64,000 bases of DNA. It comes from a virus. Under the pieces are notes generated by a model. The model did no database searches, was not told the origin of the DNA, and was given only the letters and a program-made list of their open reading frames with translations. Positions 17,940-26,999 of this stretch are shown one piece after another. Location of the stretch: IMG/VR virus record IMGVR_UViG_3300033153_005812, positions 11,915-75,914 of that record. One strand, written 5' to 3'. Numbering within the stretch: position 1 is the stretch's first letter; each line of letters opens with the position of its first letter. The translations under genes were made by a program, and so were the position numbers.

Positions 17940-20295
17940 AAAACGTGACGGACGAATTGTTGACTTCGACTCATATCGTATTCTCAAAGCTATGAAAGGA
18001 GCTTTTACTGAACTTAACATCGATATTCTTTCAGGTGGAAAAATAGATGCTCTAACTGCAAAAGTGATTGACTTTCTTCCAAGTGTGAAAATCATAGATA
18101 TTGAAGTGATTCAAAACACTGTAGAGAAGATCTTAATGGAAGAAGGATATTACGAAGTTGCAAAAGCATATATTCTTTATCGTCAACAAAGAACCTCGCT
18201 TCGAGAGATAGAACCAGATCCAAATGCTATTTCAGATTACATTCATGCCGCGAAATACGCTCGTTACATCCCAAGTAAAAAGCGAAGAGAGACTTATCAC
18301 GAAACCATTAAAAGAGTCGAAATAATGCACAAGAAAAAGTATCCTCATCTCACAGCAGAAATTGGAGATGCTTTTCAATTTGTTCATGATAAATTTGTCC
18401 TCCCGTCTATGCGGAGTATGCAATTTGGAGGCAAAGCTATCGAGAGACGAAATGCTCGGATGTATAATTGTAGTTTCACTCTCGTAGATCGGCCTCGTGT
18501 TTTTGGCGATATGATGTACTTGCTTCTTTGTGGATGTGGAGTAGGATTCAGTGTTCAAAAGCGACATGTCGCAAGACTTCCATTACTCAAAGTAATAGAT
18601 TTCAACTTAACTTATTTTCATGATGTTAAAGATTCAATCGAAGGATGGGCAGATGCGGTGAACGCTCTAATAGATTCTTTTCTACGAGGGTATCATATAG
18701 AATTTAATTTTGAAGCAATACGTCCACCCGGAAGTATTCTTAATAGTGGTGGAAAAGCTCCTGGGCATGTTTCGTTAAAAGAATCTCTCGAAGCTACAAG
18801 ACAGATTTTGCTTTTAGCTCAAGGGAGAAAATTGAAGCCAATAGAATGTCACGATATTATCTGTCATCTGAGTAAAGCAGTTCTTGCAGGCGGAATTCGA
18901 CGAAGCAGTTTAATTTCATTGTTCTCTGCAGATGATGACGATATGTTGTACTGTAAAGATAGAGCTAATTTTGATTTTCAACTTAAGAATCCACAGCGAG
19001 CTTTAGCGAATAACAGTGTTGTCTTAGACAGAGAGAATTACACCTTTGCAGATTTCGCAAGAATTCTACATTTGAATAAAGTAAATCATGGTGATCCAGG
19101 CTTTGTATTCTTAGAAGATTTCGATACTGGTGTTAATCCTTGCGGGGAGATTGGCATCGACCCTGTCTTAAAAGTAGCTATGAGAGATACCTATGACGAT
19201 GTATGGTCGAAGAAAAATAAAGATTCGGCTCTCGTAAATCAATGCAAGACAGGTTTTGGATTTTGCAACCTTGTAGAAGTCAACGCTGCAAAGTGTCGAA
19301 CTTACGAACAATTTTTAGAGGCTTGTAAAGCTGCGAGTTTCATCGCTACTTTGCAAGCGGGTTATACGGACTTTCCTTATCTCGGAGAAGTAACTGAAAA
19401 AATCGTACAACGGGATGCTCTTATCGGTGTAAGTATAACAGGGATGATGGACAATTCTTGGATCTTTGATGAGGGTTATTTAGAAGGAGGAGCTGAAATA
19501 GTAAAAGCTACGAATGCGAAGACAGCAAAATCGATTGGAATCAATCCTGCGAAACGATGCACTTGTATAAAACCAAGTGGAACAGCGAGCTTAGAACTCG
19601 GATGCGTAGGGAGCGGAATCCATCCCCATCATTCAAAGCGATACTTTCGGAGGATTACTGCAAATCCTTTGGAGCCAGTCGTACAGTATTTCAGAAAAGC
19701 TAATCCCCAGATGGTCGAGACAAAACCAAACGGAGATCTCTGTATAACGTTCCCGGTTAAAACAGATGGTCTAACTGTGAATAATATATCAGCAAGAGAA
19801 TTTCTTGATAAGGTCTTTCGCACTTATAAAGGCTGGATTCTTACTGGTCACAGACAAGGTCAAACGCACAATGTAAGTTGTACTCTTGTTGTTGACGATC
19901 AAGAATGGGAAGAAGCTTTTGATTATATTTGGAATCACAGAGATAAAATCAGTTCGATGACTTTTTTACCAAAACAAAGCGATAAACAAATTCCGTTCTG
20001 CCCCAGAGAATCAGTTACGACAGTCAAAGATATCGCTCACTTCGATTCTTTAGTAAAAGGCTATAAACCTGTAGACTATTCTAAAATGATCGAAGAAGAA
20101 GATGTGACTGTGAAAGACGCCGCCTGTAGTGGTATGGTTTGCGATTTAGGTCTCGATTTTTGTAGTGGAATTGGCCTACGCGTCTTTCAAAATGAATTTG
20201 ATTCTCGTATAAAGACCTTCACATATCGAGGTTTGACATTTGAACTATATGAACAAAGAAACGGATATTTTATTGCTAAGCGAATTATGGAGTGA
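17929..20295 (+). CDS. nrdJ: class II (B12-dependent) ribonucleotide reductase with N-terminal ATP cone
   Basis: VRKRDG ATP cone, PSMR, YNCS, GCGVGFS, GGIRRS, NPCGEI, FCNL, KPSGT; no beta-subunit gene; ATG at 17929 after AGGAG. Confidence 0.85.
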   Translation: MQVRKRDGRIVDFDSYRILKAMKGAFTELNIDILSGGKIDALTAKVIDFLPSVKIIDIEVIQNTVEKILMEEGYYEVAKAYILYRQQRTSLREIEPDPNAISDYIHAAKYARYIPSKKRRETYHETIKRVEIMHKKKYPHLTAEIGDAFQFVHDKFVLPSMRSMQFGGKAIERRNARMYNCSFTLVDRPRVFGDMMYLLLCGCGVGFSVQKRHVARLPLLKVIDFNLTYFHDVKDSIEGWADAVNALIDSFLRGYHIEFNFEAIRPPGSILNSGGKAPGHVSLKESLEATRQILLLAQGRKLKPIECHDIICHLSKAVLAGGIRRSSLISLFSADDDDMLYCKDRANFDFQLKNPQRALANNSVVLDRENYTFADFARILHLNKVNHGDPGFVFLEDFDTGVNPCGEIGIDPVLKVAMRDTYDDVWSKKNKDSALVNQCKTGFGFCNLVEVNAAKCRTYEQFLEACKAASFIATLQAGYTDFPYLGEVTEKIVQRDALIGVSITGMMDNSWIFDEGYLEGGAEIVKATNAKTAKSIGINPAKRCTCIKPSGTASLELGCVGSGIHPHHSKRYFRRITANPLEPVVQYFRKANPQMVETKPNGDLCITFPVKTDGLTVNNISAREFLDKVFRTYKGWILTGHRQGQTHNVSCTLVVDDQEWEEAFDYIWNHRDKISSMTFLPKQSDKQIPFCPRESVTTVKDIAHFDSLVKGYKPVDYSKMIEEEDVTVKDAACSGMVCDLGLDFCSGIGLRVFQNEFDSRIKTFTYRGLTFELYEQRNGYFIAKRIME

Positions 20296-21923
20296 AGATG
20301 AAACTTAATCAAGTGATTTATGGTGATAATAGAGAGAAGCTCAAAGAGTACCCCGATAATTTCTTTGATGGAATTATCACTGATCCTCCTTACGGTATGG
20401 GGTTTATGGGGAAGACATGGGATACTTTTAATTCTCAGATAATTCAAGAATCAAAAGAAAACTATGATAATACGCCGTCCAAAAATCTACAAGGAATAGG
20501 ACCAGATGGAAAAGTTAGACGAATAAATAAGCCAAGAGGTTCTATCGCAGAAGTAGCTGGTTCTTATGATTTATCAGTTAATGGACAGATTCGGTTTCAA
20601 CAATGGTTTTACGGAATAGCTGTTGAGATGTTAAGAGTGGCTAAACCCGGAAGTTTCTTATTTTGTTTTGGTGGAACACGAACTTATCACAGAGTTGCTT
20701 GTGCAATAGAAGATGCCGGATGGATTATCAGAGATCAAATAATGTGGCTCCATGGAATGGGTTTTCCAAAATCTACAGATATAAGTAAAGCTATTGATAA
20801 AGAAGCTGGAGCAGAACGAAAAGTTATTGGTGAATATAAAGTTGGTGGAAATGCTTTGACTCCTCTTAATGAAAAAGGAGGGATGACTTTTTCAACAGGA
20901 GCAAAAAATAGTCCTTCTGGTTATCTGCCAACAACTGTGCCAGCAACGAATGACGCAAAACGATGGGACGGATATGGAACAGGATTAAAACCAGCATGGG
21001 AACCGATTATCGTTGCGATGAAGCCGTTAGAAAAAGGATTAACGTATGCACAAAACGCTAAGAAGTGGGGTGTTGCTGGATTGAATATTGATGGTGGCCG
21101 GGTTGGAACGAATCCAGGTTATAAATACAACGCAGATAAAAACGGTGTAACTTTTCATGGACAACAAGGAGAAAGGATAAAACAAACAGCAGAGAAAAAA
21201 GGTCAACAATTTATTGAGAGCACAAAAGGTCGTTGGCCAGCGAACGTAATTCTAAGTCATTCACCAAATTGTGTTTGTATCGGTGAAAAAGAAATTGGAG
21301 ATGGGAATAGCAAAACACGCATAGTAAAAGATGCAAAATCTTCTTGGGCTAATAGTTGTCAAGATATAAATGTAATAGCTTACGGAAAAGAAACTATAGA
21401 AATTTGGGCTTGTGTGCCTAATTGCCCTATACGGATTATGGATAATCAAAGTGGACAAGCTGGTGGAGGTAGTCATAAATATCATAAAGAAACCTCCAGC
21501 AAAACTTGTCATACAAACAATGTAAGAAAAGATAGCTTTATAGGACAAGAAATTGGTATAGGTGATTCAGGTGGAGCGTCGCGATTCTTTTATTGTGCGA
21601 AAGCAAGTAAAGCGGAGAAGGAAGAAGGTTTGATGGGATTTATTGAATGTGCGAAGTGTGAAAGATTCGAGTCTAAAACACATACAAGAAAAGGTGTCAA
21701 AGAAAAGTGTTATCGTAATAATCATCCAACCGTAAAACCCCTCGCTCTTATAAAATATCTTTGTACTCTATTAAACATGCCGAATAGAGATCAAGTTATC
21801 CTTGATCCATTTTGTGGGAGTGGTACGACGCTCGTAGCTTGTAAAAATCTTGGTATAAATTATGTCGGTATTGAACAAGATATGAATTTTTGTTTAATAG
21901 CGACAGCCAGAACCGGAGACTAA
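20292..21923 (+). CDS. N6A/N4C DNA methyltransferase (beta class)
   Basis: TDPPY near the N-terminus, HPTVKP and LDPFCGSGTT near the C-terminus; long central insertion. Confidence 0.88.
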   Translation: MKMKLNQVIYGDNREKLKEYPDNFFDGIITDPPYGMGFMGKTWDTFNSQIIQESKENYDNTPSKNLQGIGPDGKVRRINKPRGSIAEVAGSYDLSVNGQIRFQQWFYGIAVEMLRVAKPGSFLFCFGGTRTYHRVACAIEDAGWIIRDQIMWLHGMGFPKSTDISKAIDKEAGAERKVIGEYKVGGNALTPLNEKGGMTFSTGAKNSPSGYLPTTVPATNDAKRWDGYGTGLKPAWEPIIVAMKPLEKGLTYAQNAKKWGVAGLNIDGGRVGTNPGYKYNADKNGVTFHGQQGERIKQTAEKKGQQFIESTKGRWPANVILSHSPNCVCIGEKEIGDGNSKTRIVKDAKSSWANSCQDINVIAYGKETIEIWACVPNCPIRIMDNQSGQAGGGSHKYHKETSSKTCHTNNVRKDSFIGQEIGIGDSGGASRFFYCAKASKAEKEEGLMGFIECAKCERFESKTHTRKGVKEKCYRNNHPTVKPLALIKYLCTLLNMPNRDQVILDPFCGSGTTLVACKNLGINYVGIEQDMNFCLIATARTGD

Positions 21924-21924
21924 A

Positions 21925-22830
21925 ATGAAGATCCTCGTAGATGCTTTTCTTATCATACATCGAGCTAAATACAAGTTAGATTTTCTCGAGAATACAGCCG
22001 GTCGAAAAACAGGAATGGAATACGGTTTTATCAAACTTTGTGAAGCTCTTGAACGAGAATTTGCAGGTGGAGATATAGTTTTGTGCTGGGAAGGTAAGAA
22101 CAATTTTCGCAAGGAGCTTTATCCAGACTATAAGGGAAATCGTAAACCAAGTACGAATCCTCTTGCAAAACTCGACTGGGATCGCGTCGCCGATCTTAAA
22201 AACTTTTTAAGACAACCTTATATCAACGCAGAAGCTGAAGGCTACGAAGCAGACGATACGATAGCCAGTCTTGTAGATCACTACAAAGATCAAGAAGAGG
22301 TTATAATTTGGTCGAATGATAAAGATCTACTTCAACTTGTTAGAAAAGGTGTAACGGTTTGGAGAAGTTTTCAAGAGTTGCATAAGAAGTATAAGTGGAC
22401 ACCGAGGACAATTGAAGAAAAGTATGATGGATTATTTCCAAATGAGCTTCCAATTTATTTTGCTTTTGCTGGCGACAAGGTTGACAATATTCCTGGTGTT
22501 CCAAAGATAAGAAAACCTGTTTTAATAAATGCAATTATCAACGCTCGTCGATTGATAAAGCCTGGATCGTTTATTTTCAAAGGGTGCTTGATTCAAGATA
22601 TTTTGAATTACGAACTTTGGTCTGGGCCTGAATTATTAAGGTTAGAAAATTTTATTGAAGCTGGTCATTATCAAAGAAATATGGAGTTAGTAGTTCTAAG
22701 AAGACCAGACGTCATTATACAAGAACCAATAAAGAATGAAGAAATAATAAGAGAGTGGCTTGAAGAGTTAGAGCTTAGAAGTTTGAAAATGTCTGAAGAA
22801 ACAGGAGTGTTAGATAATGCAGAATTCTAA
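21925..22830 (+). CDS. 5'-3' exonuclease / flap endonuclease (PolI N-terminal-like)
   Basis: YPDYKGNR, EADD, SNDKDLLQL and GDKVDNIPGV. Confidence 0.88.
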   Translation: MKILVDAFLIIHRAKYKLDFLENTAGRKTGMEYGFIKLCEALEREFAGGDIVLCWEGKNNFRKELYPDYKGNRKPSTNPLAKLDWDRVADLKNFLRQPYINAEAEGYEADDTIASLVDHYKDQEEVIIWSNDKDLLQLVRKGVTVWRSFQELHKKYKWTPRTIEEKYDGLFPNELPIYFAFAGDKVDNIPGVPKIRKPVLINAIINARRLIKPGSFIFKGCLIQDILNYELWSGPELLRLENFIEAGHYQRNMELVVLRRPDVIIQEPIKNEEIIREWLEELELRSLKMSEETGVLDNAEF

Positions 22831-23041
22831 GATGTCAAATCCAGAAGAAAATGATCTGTCAAAATTACTGAAGCTCAGAAGAAAAACTAATAAGAATTTT
22901 CTTATGTTATTAAACGAATTACAGACCTCTATAGAATCTCTTCGAATCATGGTGAAGTATATGCAATTTGATTTAGAAGCTACGAGGCGAGAAAACATGG
23001 TTCTCAAAGAACAATTACGACAATATGAGGAAGGTGGTTAA
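22817..23041 (+). CDS. small coiled-coil protein
   Basis: 74-aa ORF with KYMQFDLEATRREN. Confidence 0.55.
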   Translation: MQNSKMSNPEENDLSKLLKLRRKTNKNFLMLLNELQTSIESLRIMVKYMQFDLEATRRENMVLKEQLRQYEEGG

Positions 23042-23109
23042 AATAAAGTAGAATTCGTTATTTTAGAATAAATAAGCTGGTTATTATAGGTTATAAAAAA
23101 TGGATTTTA

Positions 23110-23139
23110 TTTGCTTTATTCTAAAAATACGTTATACTT
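23110..23139 (+). promoter_or_regulatory. sigma70-like early promoter, copy 2
   Basis: TTGCTT-16 nt-TATACT, near-identical to 9002-9031; positioned to drive the hairpin-separated gene array. Confidence 0.7.
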
Positions 23140-23238
23140 TAGGTAGTTAAGTTAATTGACAATTGAATCGGGCTGAAACGGAGAAAACAGGGGTGTCGGT
23201 AGGGCTAACCTTTCAAGGCTGACGGCTGAGGACGTAAT

Positions 23239-23293
23239 GGAAAACTTGTGGAGCCGCGACGTTGCGACGTTGCGGATCCGTGTGTTTTCTTAA
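23239..23293 (+). repeat. array hairpin 0 (leader copy, diverged left arm)
   Basis: GGAAAAC..GGAGCCGCGACGT-TGCG-ACGTTGCGGATCCGTGTGTTTTCTTAA; the right arm is shared with hairpins 1-5. Confidence 0.7.
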
Positions 23294-23311
23294 TACAATA
23301 AAGTAAGGAGA

Positions 23312-23554
23312 ATGAAAATGATTACTGCAACTCAAGTTCAAAAGGCAAGTCGTTCGGCGAGAAGAAATGCGTTCTACTTGGTGAAAGAAAACGATGTCAC
23401 TATTGGCATGATTGAAAAACCATATCACAATAAGGACTATCGTGCTCAAGTTGATGGTAGGACTGTTGAGGTGTGTTCAACAAAGAAGCAAGCGATACGA
23501 ACGATACTACGAAGAAAAGGTATATTCGGGGAGTGGATAATTCTCAATAACTAA
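23312..23554 (+). CDS. small early protein, array unit 1
   Basis: AAGTAAGGAG RBS; stop TAA is the first 3 nt of hairpin 1. Confidence 0.75.
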   Translation: MKMITATQVQKASRSARRNAFYLVKENDVTIGMIEKPYHNKDYRAQVDGRTVEVCSTKKQAIRTILRRKGIFGEWIILNN

Positions 23555-23605
23555 GAACGCAAGTCACCGTCCCGTTTCACAACGGGGCGGACACGTGTGT
23601 TCTTA
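23552..23605 (+). repeat. array hairpin 1
   Basis: TAAGAACGCAAGTCACCGTCCCGTT-TCAC-AACGGGGCGGACACGTGTGTTCTTA. Confidence 0.9.
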
Positions 23606-23638
23606 AAATTAAGTGGTGTAAAGTAAGAGGTGTGAAAA

Positions 23639-23863
23639 ATGGATGCTGTTAAAACCCAAATCTTGAAAAGTTTACAAGAACAAGGGTATAAAGTTTTATA
23701 TGTCAAAGGTATTTATGTTTTCAAAGACGGTAAAAGATTATCAACAGCCAAAGCAATAAAGTTAGCAGGTATTAAAGTGAAACCAAAATCACGAAAGACT
23801 AAAACATCACAACCGTTGTATGGTGATTTCGCTTGGCTGGCTGGTATCAACCGTATCAACTAA
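23639..23863 (+). CDS. small early protein, array unit 2
   Basis: GAGGTG RBS; basic 74 aa; stop within hairpin 2. Confidence 0.75.
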   Translation: MDAVKTQILKSLQEQGYKVLYVKGIYVFKDGKRLSTAKAIKLAGIKVKPKSRKTKTSQPLYGDFAWLAGINRIN

Positions 23864-23922
23864 GAACGCAAGTTACCGCCTCGTTTTGAGAAACCACGAC
23901 GGGGCGGATCCGTGTGTTCTTA
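23861..23922 (+). repeat. array hairpin 2
   Basis: TAAGAACGCAAGTTACCGCCTCGT...ACGGGGCGGATCCGTGTGTTCTTA. Confidence 0.9.
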
Positions 23923-23947
23923 AAGTAAAGGCTGTAAAGTAAGGAGA

Positions 23948-24157
23948 ATGAAAATGACTACGATAGCACAATTAAAAACTGACATCAAAGACTTGAGTGG
24001 TCGCTTGTACTATTGCAGTAACACTGGTGAAGGCCGCAAGATGAGACGTGAGATTGAAAAGGCTATTCATCAAAAAGAACAGCAACTTGAACAAATCTTT
24101 GTTGAAGAAGGATGTTTAGATTATCAACATCAAGCTGGTCGAGTAGTGAGGAGCTAA
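23948..24157 (+). CDS. small early protein, array unit 3
   Basis: AAGTAAGGAG RBS; stop within hairpin 3. Confidence 0.75.
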   Translation: MKMTTIAQLKTDIKDLSGRLYYCSNTGEGRKMRREIEKAIHQKEQQLEQIFVEEGCLDYQHQAGRVVRS

Positions 24158-24208
24158 GAACGCAAGTTACCGCCCCGTCGTGAGACGGGGCGGACACGTG
24201 AGTTCTTA
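24155..24208 (+). repeat. array hairpin 3
   Basis: TAAGAACGCAAGTTACCGCCCCGTC-GTGA-GACGGGGCGGACACGTGAGTTCTTA; GNRA tetraloop. Confidence 0.9.
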
Positions 24209-24241
24209 AACAAAACAAAGTAAGTAAAGTAGAGGTGTAAG

Positions 24242-24433
24242 ATGGAAAAGCTAATTATAATTAAAGCGACAATGAACGATGGTCGAGAAAAAGAATATCG
24301 AGCTACAAATTTCACAGTGAAGCCTCTTCGTGATGGTACAGGGCTATGTATCAAAGTAGCTACTGACCACTCTATCATTTGTAGGAGTATCGCTGTTGAG
24401 CAAAAAGAAGTTGAGCCAGCTATTTGTTTGTAA
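24242..24433 (+). CDS. small early protein, array unit 4
   Basis: GAGGTG RBS; stop within hairpin 4. Confidence 0.7.
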   Translation: MEKLIIIKATMNDGREKEYRATNFTVKPLRDGTGLCIKVATDHSIICRSIAVEQKEVEPAICL

Positions 24434-24551
24434 GAACGCAAGTCACCGCTCAGTATAGAGATAATGACACGTTGTACCGGGAAATCAGTTGTTTGTGCTA
24501 CTAACGACCTGGGAATCAACACTCTTTGCTGAGCGGATCCGTGTGTTCTTA
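24431..24551 (+). repeat. array hairpin 4 (long apical insert, compensatory stem)
   Basis: TAAGAACGCAAGTCACCGCTCAG...CTGAGCGGATCCGTGTGTTCTTA with about 75 nt between the arms. Confidence 0.88.
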
Positions 24552-24584
24552 AAGTAAAGCGGTATAAAGTAATAGGAGTATGAA

Positions 24585-24989
24585 ATGATAAAGTGGACAG
24601 AAGAATCAGTTCTCGCTGTTATAGCGGAAGCAAGAAAACTTGGTGCTGAATTCGCTGCTAAGAAGTTAGCAGAATTGCAAAGAAATGGACCTCAATATGA
24701 AGTGACTTCTGGTAGTACAACAGTTGGTACGCTGCTCGATGTCTGTGGATCTGCTCACTTGAAGATTTCAGCGAGAGGCAAGTTTTATCAGATCGCTAAG
24801 AAATTATCTGCTGATAAAGGGATATATAGATTTCTTTGTGATCGTGCTTATCATGGTGGAGGAATGCTGTGCATTTTTGACAGCACGATGCGACAAGAAA
24901 TGTCAGTGAATGTTGCCGCTTGTAAAGGACAACAAAGTATCTTAGAAACTTATGGAATCGATGCGACAATAAAAAGTCGCATCGACTAA
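24585..24989 (+). CDS. early protein, array unit 5
   Basis: AGGAG RBS; 134 aa; stop within hairpin 5. Confidence 0.75.
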   Translation: MIKWTEESVLAVIAEARKLGAEFAAKKLAELQRNGPQYEVTSGSTTVGTLLDVCGSAHLKISARGKFYQIAKKLSADKGIYRFLCDRAYHGGGMLCIFDSTMRQEMSVNVAACKGQQSILETYGIDATIKSRID

Positions 24990-25047
24990 GAACGCAAGTC
25001 ACCGTCCCGTTTTGAGAGCCACGACGGGGCGGATCCGTGTGTTCTTA
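24987..25047 (+). repeat. array hairpin 5
   Basis: TAAGAACGCAAGTCACCGTCCCGT...ACGGGGCGGATCCGTGTGTTCTTA. Confidence 0.9.
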
Positions 25048-25062
25048 ACAAAGTAACGGAGA

Positions 25063-25284
25063 ATGAGAATGGCGAAACGCAAATTAAAATTCAAACCTCG
25101 TCGGGCTCTGCTTAGATCAGATTTTAGAAAAACTCCAAAGCAAGAACCCCTCGCAGGAATGATTCTAATTGAGGGTGATGGTTGCATCGCCGTAGATAAA
25201 ATCAATAACTCGTTTCCTGATAAAGCAGAACGATTAGCGTACATCCGTGCTCTTATTGTAGGTATGGGCGGCTCACTTGAATAA
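25063..25284 (+). CDS. small early protein after the last hairpin
   Basis: AAGTAACGGAG RBS; Arg/Lys-rich N-terminus. Confidence 0.65.
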   Translation: MRMAKRKLKFKPRRALLRSDFRKTPKQEPLAGMILIEGDGCIAVDKINNSFPDKAERLAYIRALIVGMGGSLE

Positions 25285-25442
25285 AGTAAGGAGAACAAAA
25301 TGACAGAATATTATCTAAGACAAGCAGACCTTCGCAAAGATATTCCACTTCCAGATATGACAGATCTGATGGATTTTTGCGAGCAGGTTGATCGTAAAGA
25401 AAGAGCAAAAGAAAATCAGCGTAAAAAACAGGAGGAAGACAA

Positions 25443-25754
25443 ATGACTAAAGTATATTACAGAGTTGTGAAGCCGATTAGTCCTATACACGAATTGAGAA
25501 AAGGTTCTACAGGTGAGCTTCTTTCTATTGAAGCTAACGGTCTGGAAAACGAGTATTTGACCTTACGATTTGAAGATGGAGTAGAATTCTTTCATTCCAG
25601 TGAGGTTAAAATAGTAGGTATGCTCGTTCATACTATTTTAGGTGATCTATACCTTCTCAATTCTACTTCAAATTGGTGGTATCGCACAGAACAGAATCCT
25701 TTTAGAAATCATAAGGAAGATACGAACACTGAGTCCTTAAATACCGGAGAATGA
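25443..25754 (+). CDS. hypothetical protein (SH3/KOW-like beta N-terminus)
   Basis: GGAGG RBS; KGSTGEL...LRFEDG...HSSEV pattern. Confidence 0.5.
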   Translation: MTKVYYRVVKPISPIHELRKGSTGELLSIEANGLENEYLTLRFEDGVEFFHSSEVKIVGMLVHTILGDLYLLNSTSNWWYRTEQNPFRNHKEDTNTESLNTGE

Positions 25755-25755
25755 A

Positions 25756-25977
25756 ATGCTGCTTACATTACATGAAGATATGAATCCTCTTGCTGAGATT
25801 CACACACAAGGAGAAAATGAAAACAGAACAGCACGACTGAGACAACATCGAGTTGTGCTGAGAATACGTCAATTGCAAAGCGAAAAGAATCTACGAGGTT
25901 CTTTGAGTCTAATTCAAGATACTGAAATGATAACATTACAGGACGAGGCAAACAAGAACAATTGGCTCTACTGGTGA
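25756..25977 (+). CDS. hypothetical protein
   Basis: 73 aa, GGAG RBS, tightly packed. Confidence 0.5.
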   Translation: MLLTLHEDMNPLAEIHTQGENENRTARLRQHRVVLRIRQLQSEKNLRGSLSLIQDTEMITLQDEANKNNWLYW

Positions 25978-26001
25978 GAAGAAATTTATGGAGATAAGAT
26001 A

Positions 26002-26223
26002 ATGCTATATGCAGAAATAACAATTAAGATTTCTGTTGACGAGAGTAAACTAACTGCAGAACAACAAGAACAAGCTAAGAAAGGGGATGTAGATGTAACA
26101 GTTGAACATCCTCTTGAGAATGGTGTCGATGATTTACGCAATACCATCGAGAATATTGCTTTAGCTCGCTTTGAATATCTTGGTAATGGTATTAAAGCAA
26201 TAAAGATTGAAACGGAAGAGTAA
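26002..26223 (+). CDS. small acidic hypothetical protein
   Basis: 73 aa, GGAG RBS. Confidence 0.5.
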   Translation: MLYAEITIKISVDESKLTAEQQEQAKKGDVDVTVEHPLENGVDDLRNTIENIALARFEYLGNGIKAIKIETEE

Positions 26224-26343
26224 AGGAGAAAAGAAATGGCAAAAAAGAAATCAAGATACGAGAGAAAACTACAACGAAGAAAGATGAATAAAAATCTTAC
26301 TTCTAATAGACTCACAAAACGCCATAAATAGGAAGATCGAAAA

Positions 26344-26781
26344 ATGAAAACAATAGACAATACTTTATTGAATTTCGAAGATATTCAAATCTATGCTGAT
26401 AATCTAATAGATTCAGGTAGAGCAGAAAATGAGCCGCCTTTAACACAGAAAGAACGTTCTGAGCTTATTCTAAGATATCTTCATACATTCTTAGAATGGA
26501 ATCTGTTAGATAAATATGTCTATTCATCTGTTTGGGTGTTAAACTATGTATCTATAAAAGATAATAGTCATAACGCCCTTACTACAACTATAAAAACTGG
26601 AACTCAAAAAGAGGCTAAGAAAATAGCTATAGAAAAAATTAGTCGCTATTTGAGAACACCGATTCATTTCGAATATGACGATCAGGACAATCTGGAAGAA
26701 GATCTTTACATGGTGGTTGATTCAAGAGGTGTTTATCGAGGAATGGTGGAGATTCAATTGGAGAAAATTGAAACAAGATGA
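26344..26781 (+). CDS. hypothetical protein
   Basis: 145 aa; ATGA overlap with the next gene. Confidence 0.55.
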   Translation: MKTIDNTLLNFEDIQIYADNLIDSGRAENEPPLTQKERSELILRYLHTFLEWNLLDKYVYSSVWVLNYVSIKDNSHNALTTTIKTGTQKEAKKIAIEKISRYLRTPIHFEYDDQDNLEEDLYMVVDSRGVYRGMVEIQLEKIETR

Positions 26782-26999
26782 AAGATCCTCACAGAAACAA
26801 ACATAGCAGACACGTTAAAAGAACTGAGCCGAAATCAAACAAGCGAAGAGAACGTGCCGAAAATGTTAAAAAGCGATACACCGCAACGGTCATGGATGTC
26901 TTATTTCGAAATAAACTACAAGATATGGACTTCGAAAAGTTGTTAAAACAAGGTATAATCAAAGAAATCAAAGACAATACGACAGGAGTGATCAAATGA
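26778..26999 (+). CDS. basic hypothetical protein
   Basis: 73 aa; ATGA overlaps on both sides. Confidence 0.5.
   Translation: MKDPHRNKHSRHVKRTEPKSNKRRERAENVKKRYTATVMDVLFRNKLQDMDFEKLLKQGIIKEIKDNTTGVIK

Noticed and set aside
23239-25047. CRISPR array
   Set aside because: Repeats are 54-121-bp hairpins separated by whole RBS-bearing ORFs of 190-400 bp, not by uniform 30-40-bp spacers; no cas operon is present.
23100-25300. Classical integron
   Set aside because: No IntI or other tyrosine recombinase in the window; GTTCTTA does not fit GTTRRRY; G-T pairs work on the + strand, not the bottom strand used by attC. Kept only as an architectural analogy.
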